NCBI GenBank assembly: GCA_013416795.1
Contig: RQSC01000697.1
Span: 1-38,632, forward strand
Origin: Prasinococcaceae sp. CCMP 1430
Taxonomy: Eukaryota > Plantae > Prasinodermophyta
DNA: 38,632 nucleotides
Direction: 5' to 3'
Below are positions 30,014-38,052 of this stretch, piece after piece. The notes under the pieces are model-generated. The model worked only from the letters and a program-made list of their open reading frames with translations. It ran no database searches and had not been told where the DNA came from. Both the position numbers and the translations under genes were made by a program. Within the stretch, counting starts at the first letter, position 1; every line of letters starts with the position of its first letter.

Positions 30014-31821
30014 ATGGCGGCAACGGAGGATATGTACGCACGCGTGCAGGCCGTGCTCGGCGGCGGCGATGTCGCACCCGGCGCGGACGCCGAGGATGGC
30101 ATCGTGGGCGCGGCGACAGTGTGGTTCGCAGCAGCAGTCCTTGTTGAGATCGTCGCATCTGCGGCTTTCGATGTGAAGGTGGGTTGCGTGCGCGCCCGCG
30201 CCGTCCGCACCACACGCAGTCGTGCGAGCGGCTGGCTGGCACGTGTGCAGGTGCCCTCTTAGTGCTGCACACTTCGCTGCTTCACAATCCTCGCAAGCCC
30301 TGGTGCGTCGCGGCGGCTGACTAGCGCCGCCTGTCATGAACAGCTCTACAAGCATGACGACACGATCTCAAACCTCTCGGCGGGCGTGATGTCAATACTA
30401 CTCGGTTCGTTCTTGCAGGCATGGAACATGCTGCTGTACAACGCCATGTACGAATTGGTGCGAGACGCAGGCGTGCCCGCGCTTCCACCCACGCTCGTGA
30501 TCGCGCTGGCATTCCCGCTGATCGACCTCGGATATTACTGGTTCCATCGGCTCAGCCACGAGGTGCAGATCATGTGGATCGGCCACGGCGTGCATCACAG
30601 CGGCTTCGCATATAATCTGAGCACCGCACTGCGGCAAGGCACCGGGGAGAAAGTGACTGCGCCATTCTTCTACATGCATCTCGCCGCGTTGCAGCTCCCG
30701 CCCTCACTGTATCAGACGGCGAAGGCCTGGCACACCGTGTATCAATTTTGGCCACACACGGACTTCCTCGCCGGCAATCTTCCCGCGGCCGTCGAGTTTG
30801 TGTTCAATACGCCCGCGCACCACCGCGTGCACCACGCACGCAATGCTCGTTACCTCCGCAAAAACTTCGCGGGCATGTTCGTGCTGTGGGACAGGCTGCA
30901 CGGAACCTTCATGGCCGAGCACCCCGATGACCCGTGCGTGTTTGATCAGCCGGCGCTTTACGACAGCTTCAATCCGTTGTGGGAGCAGGTGGCACACACC
31001 AAAGACATTGCAGCGGATGTGGCCAAGCACAGGTGAGGCAAGCTGCGCAATGGCCCGGGGTTCCCCCGCCCTTTTGCAACGGCGCCCTTTACTAGAGTCA
31101 CCCATCCGCCTCGCGCGACACTCGTCGCGCGAACCTCCCCATGGCGGCATGAGGCGCTCAGGGGCGCCTACACGCCACAAGCGAGCGGCGTAACCAGCCC
31201 CACGTGCCTGATCGGTGGCATGCTGGATTAGATGAGCCGCAGATCTTTGCTCCTCGCACCCTATCGTCTCATCTGGCAACGGCCCTGTCCTCGTGCTGAC
31301 TGCGGCGAGCGCGTTGACCTCGTGTGTGTGATCTCTGCGCGTCGCGCCGCGGACTGGCCACTCGGCACAGCTCTCTCAGTGGCAAGGCGGCGGCACTGAT
31401 CATGCGCCCTCCGAAGCCCGTATCGACGCCGCACATCGAGGCAATCCAGGGCGGCGCGCAGGGCCCCACGCGCCTCGAAGTAGGGGATACTCGATTGACC
31501 GTGTACACTACCGCCCACTTCGTGCTTTCCCTGGTCGCCTTCCTGCTGGGAAACGGGAGACACGACAACGTGGGCGCATACCTGAAGGCATTCGTATTCG
31601 TGACGCTGTGCTCCATCGGCCTGTTACTCGATGGGCGTCGGCGCGGGTTCAAGTACGAGGCTGCGCGGCTGGTCTGCACGGCTATCGCAATCGGGCCGGC
31701 GGCAGCTGCGGAGGGTGCGCACCCGCTGTCGGCAGTGGCCATGGCGGCGGGCGCTGGCCTTGTGGCGGGCGTGTCGCTTGCTGCGCTCTCAGGCGCCCCC
31801 CCAAAGCTCTCTGTGAACTAG
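30014..31821 (+). CDS. AGMO: Fatty-acid-hydroxylase superfamily, alkylglycerol monooxygenase-like, 3 exons
   Basis: join(30014..30178, 30344..31032, 31371..31821). Motifs YKHDDTISNLSAG, YYWFHRLSHEVQIMWIGHGVHHS, YNLSTALRQ, FNTPAHHRVHH and KNFAGMFVLWDRLHGTF. The gene symbol indicates family resemblance, not proven orthology. Confidence 0.8.
31078..31245 (+). mobile_element. 168-bp dispersed structured repeat, copy 3 (AGMO-like intron 2)
   Basis: Same 156-bp core. Flanked by TTTGC on both sides (31073-31077 and 31246-31250). Confidence 0.75.
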
Positions 31822-31834
31822 TCTAGTGTACTAG

Positions 31835-31839
31835 TGTAA
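31835..31839 (+). terminator. TGTAA putative polyadenylation signal (AGMO-like gene)
   Basis: TGTAA 14 nt after the stop, overlapping AATAAA. A second TGTAA lies at 31858. Confidence 0.5.
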
Positions 31840-31893
31840 AATAAAGCTCGGTGCTACTGTAATTGGCGTCAGAGCTCAAAAAGTCGTCCAAAA

Positions 31894-34800
31894 CTAGCCG
31901 AAAGAGACCTTGGGAGGCTCTTTCTTCGGTGGTGGGGCCGGGGGGGTGGGGGCGACTGGGCGAGGGGCCGGCACTACTCTTCTAGTCGCCTGCTTCTTCG
32001 GCCGCTTCTTGGTGTGCTTTTCGGCCACGGATAGCGCGGTCTTCGGCGCGTACACGAGACCACCGAGGACGAGGAGCGGTGCCACAACGCCCCACTGGAT
32101 GAACTTCTCGACGCGGCCCCGCTTCGCCTTCTTGAGTAGTTTGCGCGCCTCCTTGAGGTGCTCGTCCTCCTCGGGCACGCCCGCCTCGAGGAACACGCGC
32201 AGCGCTTCCTGGCTCTCTGCGAACGCCTTGAGGGGGCGGCACATGCCGAGGAACGCCTTCACCGCGTTGGTGTGCGCAACGCCTAAAAGGATGTGCACCT
32301 CACCTCTGCCAGTAGTGAGCTCGCGGCAGATTCTCGCTGCTTCCTTGGCTGCTGGCAGGGCTTTATCGTAGCGCTCGAGCTTGATGAGTGCGTCGCTCGT
32401 GCTGATGAGCGACTTCGCAACGTAAAGATGCTTGCCGCCCAACTTCTCCCGCCTGGAGCGCAGCGCCGCGGTGTAGGCCTCAAGCGCCTCCTCGTCCCGC
32501 CCCTGGCTTGAGTGCAGGTTGCCAATGATGTGGCGCGTCTCCGCCACGTCCAGGTGGCCGTTGCCGAGCGACATGCGGAAGATGCGCTCCGTCTTTTTGT
32601 ACGCCTTCAGCGCCTCCTCGGGCAGCCCCAGAGCCTGGTACACGATGCCTTCATTCATTAGTATTGCCGCCACTTCGGGATGGGCGTTGCCCAGCGCCCC
32701 GCGGGACATGCGCTCCGCTTCCTCGTACGCCTTGAGCGCCTCCTGGTATCGCTGCTGGCGCCGGTAAATGACGCCCATGTTATTGCACAGCATGGCCGCG
32801 TGATTCTTGAGGCCGTCGCCAGGCGCCCAGCGGTCCGCGCGCAGCGCCGTGCGATAGCACGCCAGCGCAGCATCGTATTTCCCCATTACTGTGGTCCAAA
32901 CCAGTCCAGCAGTGTGCAGCACCCGCGCCACCGCGGCCCGGTCGTCGAATCCCAAGCTGGCCCCGCCCGCCCGCTGCGAATCCTCGCTTCGCAAGTAGCC
33001 CGTCCGCAGCGCCTCGGCATGCGGCAGCGCCGCCAGCGCCCATGCCCACGTCGACGGATCGTCGCTGTCGTATGGTTCCAGATCATTCCAAACAGCCTCG
33101 AGCGCCCTCTCTGCGGTGCACCCGCCCTGCGCCGCCTTCTGCACCAGCGGGTGGATCGAGTACACCGGCTCGCTGCTGGTACCGTCCGCCGCCGTTTGCC
33201 GCAGCAGGCTCAGCTCCACCAGCAGGTCGATCTCCTTGGTGCTGCGAGGGGCGATGCGAGCTTCGACGGCACTGGGGTCCAGGGCACTGACGTCCAGGGT
33301 GACACAAGCGAAAGGCGGCGCACGAAGCAGCATTTGGCGCGGGATGCCCTCCGATGCCACGTACGCGGCCACGTCAAGCACTGCACGCGAACCGGCGTCG
33401 CTGTTGCGCACGTATTTCAGGGCCAGATTGAGCGCGTTCTCCATTGTGGCGCCCCCGGCGCTCTCCAGATAGCGCACCAGGTCGTGGACCGTCTCGCCCC
33501 GCCGGCGCCGGCGCCTTGCGAGCAGGGCGCGACAAGGCTCGAGCGCGATGGGCAGACCCGCGAGCCCTTGCGGCCCCGCGAGCTTGAGGGCTGCCTCCCT
33601 CTCGCTCTGATATTCTCGAGAGTCCCAGCGTTCGAGGCCCAGCAGCAGCTGCGCGCCGTCTCTGTCGCTGAGCGGCTTCAGTTCGATGTCCCTCACGTCG
33701 TCGAAGACAGGCGCGTGGCTCGTCACCAGCACGCTTCCCGCGCGCCCCATGTCCTCGGGCTTGGAGAAGAAGTGCGGGTGCAGCCCATCGAAGCCCAGCG
33801 CGTCGCGGTCGGAGTATCCGGTGTCGGGGACATTCTCGTACACCAGCATCCAGCTCGCGAGGGCGGCATTGCTCAGCTCTTTCATGAGTGCATCCGCCAG
33901 CGTCTGCGCCGTCTTGTTCTTGAGCTTCTCGTGCGTCCACTCGAATGCGCAGCGCAGCAACTCGCCGTAGCTTCGAACCAGGGCCTTGACCGACTCTGCG
34001 TTCACGATCCACACCAGGTGCCGCCGCTTCTCGGTGTCCGACCCTGTGTCAATTTCGGCGCGCCCGAGCGCCGCAAAGGCAGCCGCAGTCGCCAGCGCCG
34101 ACTTGCCGATGCCGGAGGGGCCGACGATCGCCGCCAGCTTGCCGCCCCCGCGCAGCGCGTCCTCGACGCGCGCCAGGTCGCGGTCACGGCCCACCAGGTC
34201 TGCGTCTTCTCCCAGGTTGTGCTTGACGACGGGCGTCATGGCAACGGCGCGTCCCCGCTGCGTCACCATCTTCGTCATCTCCTCTTGCATCCCCTTAAAC
34301 TGCTGCAAGAGGCTCATCATCTCCGCGCTCGGCGCCATGCCATCGCGCTCGAAAATGAGAATGTCGTCCATCGTGAGGGTCCCCTCGCTCATCACCGTCT
34401 TGAGCTTGTCCCCCAGCAGCCGGTTTACCTCGGTGACCCTGAGCAGCCCCTCGCGCACCAGGGCGATCATGTCTTCGTTCCTGAGGTGGCCGAGGGCCAC
34501 AAGCGACATCATCAGCGCCTTGCGTGCGCTCCTGAAATCCTTGCAGTGCTCGTCGAAGCGCTGGGCGAACTTGGCGGCGATCGCCTTGCCCTCCGCGGCG
34601 TTCACCTGGACGGGGTTGGGCAGCAGGTACGGGTTGTTTTTCCAGTCGTACGCCGTCTTCTCTGCCGCGATGATGGCCTTCATCATCGCCCTGTAGTGCT
34701 CCTCTTCCCCGGCCAGCTTGTGGCGCTGCAGCTCGGCCAAGACCTTCCGCATGGGCTTGAGGGTCGCCTTGGCGCCCAGGGCGCGCTCTCTGTGCTGGCC

Positions 34801-35115
34801 CACATTCTCGAGGTGCAAGCCCATCAGGTCGAGCAGGGAGCATCCCAGGCCCATGAAGGGCGCGTCCGCGCTTTGCGTGGCCTGCGCGGCATCGGGCGTC
34901 GCCCCCCAGAGGGCGTTCTCAGCCACCACAGTGGCCACGCCTGAGGCCCTCACCCAGCGCTTGAGCTGCGAGGTGCTCACCTCCAGCCTGATCTTGCGGT
35001 CGGGGTCGTACACCATCGGCGCCGCCGACACGACGGACTGCGCGCGGCTCCACGCGGGGGACGGCGCCCGGGACGGCGTCCCGCCCGACGCCGAGTACAA
35101 GCTGGGCGTCGCCAT
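31894..35115 (-). CDS. NLR-like STAND NTPase: helical N-terminal domain, NB-ARC-like domain, winged helix, TPR array, C-terminal hydrophobic segment (1073 aa)
   Basis: LVGRDRDL, P-loop GPSGIGKS, VWIVNAES, Walker-B-like WMLVYENV, GSVLVTS, GLPIAL, LVELSLL and YSIHPLVQ. About six kinesin-light-chain-type TPRs with a period near 42 aa (e.g. HPEVAAILMNEGIVYQALGLPEEALKAY). Intronless. Confidence 0.88.
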   Translation of the reverse strand: MATPSLYSASGGTPSRAPSPAWSRAQSVVSAAPMVYDPDRKIRLEVSTSQLKRWVRASGVATVVAENALWGATPDAAQATQSADAPFMGLGCSLLDLMGLHLENVGQHRERALGAKATLKPMRKVLAELQRHKLAGEEEHYRAMMKAIIAAEKTAYDWKNNPYLLPNPVQVNAAEGKAIAAKFAQRFDEHCKDFRSARKALMMSLVALGHLRNEDMIALVREGLLRVTEVNRLLGDKLKTVMSEGTLTMDDILIFERDGMAPSAEMMSLLQQFKGMQEEMTKMVTQRGRAVAMTPVVKHNLGEDADLVGRDRDLARVEDALRGGGKLAAIVGPSGIGKSALATAAAFAALGRAEIDTGSDTEKRRHLVWIVNAESVKALVRSYGELLRCAFEWTHEKLKNKTAQTLADALMKELSNAALASWMLVYENVPDTGYSDRDALGFDGLHPHFFSKPEDMGRAGSVLVTSHAPVFDDVRDIELKPLSDRDGAQLLLGLERWDSREYQSEREAALKLAGPQGLAGLPIALEPCRALLARRRRRRGETVHDLVRYLESAGGATMENALNLALKYVRNSDAGSRAVLDVAAYVASEGIPRQMLLRAPPFACVTLDVSALDPSAVEARIAPRSTKEIDLLVELSLLRQTAADGTSSEPVYSIHPLVQKAAQGGCTAERALEAVWNDLEPYDSDDPSTWAWALAALPHAEALRTGYLRSEDSQRAGGASLGFDDRAAVARVLHTAGLVWTTVMGKYDAALACYRTALRADRWAPGDGLKNHAAMLCNNMGVIYRRQQRYQEALKAYEEAERMSRGALGNAHPEVAAILMNEGIVYQALGLPEEALKAYKKTERIFRMSLGNGHLDVAETRHIIGNLHSSQGRDEEALEAYTAALRSRREKLGGKHLYVAKSLISTSDALIKLERYDKALPAAKEAARICRELTTGRGEVHILLGVAHTNAVKAFLGMCRPLKAFAESQEALRVFLEAGVPEEDEHLKEARKLLKKAKRGRVEKFIQWGVVAPLLVLGGLVYAPKTALSVAEKHTKKRPKKQATRRVVPAPRPVAPTPPAPPPKKEPPKVSFG

Positions 35116-35649
35116 CGCGCCGCCGCCGCAGGCGCCCGCCTCGTTCGCCCACCCCCTGCTCGCTCACCAACGGTCCCCTTCCCGCCCACCCCCCCACGCC
35201 GCGCACGCACGCCCCGCGCGCGCGCTGTGGCGCGCAAACCCCGCTTGCGCGCCCGCACGAAACCCAAACCTCCCCGAAATCATCTTCATCAAAACGAGAA
35301 CGCATTTCTCTCGGAGACCCTCAGTCAGAGAGTGCCCCAAAAGGTGCCCGGGCGCCCGGGCGCGCGCGCCCGCGCGCGCGCGCGCAGGAACTGACCGACT
35401 GCAGCCGAGCCGACCGCGCGCCGCATCCGCAGCGAGAGTGGCAAACGCATTTCAAACTCGCGCGCAGCGCGCCTCAACACCCGCGCCGACGCGCGAGCCC
35501 CAACCCCAACCGCGATCCCAAGCAAGGAGGAGGGACACCGGCGACCCAGCCGCGCGGCGATCCGCCCCCAGCCAGCCGCCAGGCTGGAGCGCGATTTTTT
35601 TTTTCGGCGATATTTTTATTGGGCCGGGCAAGGGAGGGAAGGGGGCCTG

Positions 35650-35685
35650 CGACCGACCGACCGACCGACCGACCGACCGACCGAC
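35650..35685 (+). repeat. (CGAC)9 microsatellite
   Basis: Nine perfect CGAC units in the divergent intergenic region. Confidence 0.95.
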
Positions 35686-36176
35686 CCCAAGAAGCATAGG
35701 AGTCCGGGCGCCGGCGAGGGCGCGGGCGCGAGCGCGTTTTCGGATTCGGACAAAGATTCGATGGCAGTTTGGGCGGACGCGCGCAGGCGGCGATGCGAGA
35801 GCCGACCGAGCATCCGTCTGTTTTTGATCATCAATCAATCAAGGCTGCGAGCGCCCGCGAAGAAAAGGAGCGACGGTGCGGTCGGAGGCGCGCGGGCCGG
35901 CCGCCACAACGCTGCCTGCGCGCAGATCGAGGGCTCGCCGACCGCCGTGCCCGTGACTGCCAGAGAGGCTACGGAGCTGCGCGGAGCAGGCTGCAGGCGG
36001 GCAGCGGTGCGGGCGCGCGGGGCCTGGTCGGCCCGTGCCCGGCCGTGCAGGCTGCGGTGCGGCGCGCCAGCGGGCTTCCGCCTTCCGCTCCCACGCGCGT
36101 TTTCTTGTGCGCTGTTTGAATTCTTGCGCCGCTCCACGTTGCGCAGCGCGGGGTGGCCCCGGAACGCTGGTGTGGC

Positions 36177-37592
36177 ATGCAGGCCCGCCGCGTGCTGTTT
36201 CGCCAGCCGCTGCAGGCCCGGTCGTCTGTCGAGCACGACATGGCCCAAGCGACCCCGCGCGCCAGCAGCTCCGTCCCCCCGTCCTCAGCGTTGGTGGACG
36301 TGTCGCTGGGCCATCCTGCGGCGCCTGCCTCAGCCCCGCAGCCAGCCGAAGACGTTGCCTTCGATCGCGATGACCAGGGCAACGCTGGACAGGGACCGAC
36401 ACCAGAGGAAGAGGAGAGCCCTCTCGAGCTCGAGCAGGAGCCAGGCGAAGAGGACCGCGACGAAGGCGGGGCCGACGACCTTCAGCCAAGCGTCGAACAG
36501 CCTGTTGCTGTGGCCAGCGGGGAAGGCACTGACATTGCTGATGACAGAGACGGTGGGGACGCGGCTGCGCTGGCGGGCACTTCGGACTTGCCCGCCTCTG
36601 CGCCCGTCACCGCAGACGGCGACGCCGACGTTCCGCCGCCGCCGCCACAAGCGGTAGCCGCAAACATTCGCGCAGGCAAGACGACCTTCACGGCCGAGGA
36701 CGACGCAAAGCTGCTGGCGTTCGGTCTGGCCACCTTCGGCGAGGATCAACTGCTGAGCTGCAATGGGGTGCCGATGGGCGGCACGGCCGCAAAGGTGTGG
36801 CAAAAGTGCCTTGATGAGGGCGCGACTGCGCACGTGCGAACGACGGATGGCAGGATCGCCGTGGTGAAGCCGACCCCGACCGGTGCGCGTTGCCGGTTTT
36901 GGACAACAGTGTGGCCGAATTGGCGCGCAGACAAGGGAAAGCCCTTGCCTACGAAGTCCAAGTGCTACTCCAAGTCCAAACACGCGCGTGTCGGCAAGGA
37001 AGCAACCAAGCGCGCCCGCCCGGCTGCCGTTGCGACGGACGTCGCGAAGGCGGCGGACGCGCCGAAGAGACCCAGACGCGCGACGACGAGCCCTGCGCGC
37101 TTTGCCGACGCGGAGAATGACGATGAAGGGAAGTCCGAGGGGTCGCCCGACGACGCGATGCGCTTCCCCGCCGTGGCCGCAGGCGCCACCGACAAGCCAG
37201 CGGGCATTGACCTCGGAGGCGATGCGCTGTACTTGACGACCGTCGCAGCAGGGGCCGCCGCCACCGCGGTCGCGCATGCACTCCAGACCTCCGCTGCCAA
37301 GAAGGCCACGGTGGCGGCCGATGCGCACGTCGCGGGGGTAGGTGTCAGCGCGTCGAGAGCGCTGCTGCCTACCGAGGGCAAGGCGCTCGTCCGTGCCTCA
37401 CTCACTCGACTGATTTTCGAAGTGTCATCGGACGCCGATTCCAGACAGGCGGTGTTCATCGCCCTCGCAGCCTTCAGCCGCGCGGTGCCGGCCGACCTGG
37501 ACGTCGAGTACATCAACACCATCTTGGGCGACGACACAATCGCTGCAAACGACAAGGCGGCGTTTCTGTGCGCCTTGGTCGACGCTCTCTGA
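36177..37592 (+). CDS. Hypothetical protein with an acidic disordered N-terminus and a Myb/SANT-like motif
   Basis: TTFTAEDDAKLLAF resembles helix 1 of Rap1-type Myb domains. Followed by a K/R-rich linker and a helical C-terminal domain. ATG at 36177 or 36240; stop at 37590-37592. Confidence 0.6.
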   Translation: MQARRVLFRQPLQARSSVEHDMAQATPRASSSVPPSSALVDVSLGHPAAPASAPQPAEDVAFDRDDQGNAGQGPTPEEEESPLELEQEPGEEDRDEGGADDLQPSVEQPVAVASGEGTDIADDRDGGDAAALAGTSDLPASAPVTADGDADVPPPPPQAVAANIRAGKTTFTAEDDAKLLAFGLATFGEDQLLSCNGVPMGGTAAKVWQKCLDEGATAHVRTTDGRIAVVKPTPTGARCRFWTTVWPNWRADKGKPLPTKSKCYSKSKHARVGKEATKRARPAAVATDVAKAADAPKRPRRATTSPARFADAENDDEGKSEGSPDDAMRFPAVAAGATDKPAGIDLGGDALYLTTVAAGAAATAVAHALQTSAAKKATVAADAHVAGVGVSASRALLPTEGKALVRASLTRLIFEVSSDADSRQAVFIALAAFSRAVPADLDVEYINTILGDDTIAANDKAAFLCALVDAL

Positions 37593-37607
37593 GCATGCCG
37601 CGCGGCG

Positions 37608-38052
37608 ATGGCCATATCGTCCAACAGCACTGCCTGTCCAGGCGGCGACGCATGACGGACTGCGGGCGAGAACACCGCGGACTCTACAGACCTTTACTTG
37701 CACGAGTGCCAGCAGGCGCAGGCACCTTCGGTGCCAGCCCGGAGCAGCGCACTGATCGAAGATCGACCCCAGAACATTCCTTGCTACTGTACCAAGGCTG
37801 GCAATAAATGGCGTCCTTACGCCACTCTCATTTGTCATCACTGCCCTGAAACATTTCCACCCGAGGCGCATGAACGCCACTTGCATTTCTGAGACTTTCT
37901 GTGCACGAATCCCGAGCCGATGCGCCGCTTGCGAATCAGATCTGCAATCTCGCAGTTCTGCAAGCCTCGCGCGAGCGAGTCGGCCCCGCACGAACGCCTC
38001 GCAGCCCCGCGGCGCCTTCCGAGCTCCGACACGTGCCACTGTGCGGCGATGA
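37608..38052 (+). pseudogene. Possible degenerate PHD-type zinc-finger ORF
   Basis: Removing one C at 37857 gives PCYC…LICHHCPETFHPRRM…C-AA-C, a PHD-like Cys/His spacing with Arg (CGC) at one expected Cys. An in-frame TGA follows the ATG at 37608. Confidence 0.3.

Noticed and set aside
22854-31821. PAP2 phosphatase plus AGMO-like gene as a lipid metabolic cluster
   Set aside because: Separated by unrelated genes, and both families are common. No evidence of functional linkage.
32680-34944. 754-aa + strand ORF opposite the NLR-like gene, and other long antisense ORFs such as 11054-13165
   Set aside because: GC-rich coding DNA has few stops in shadow frames, and no motifs were found.
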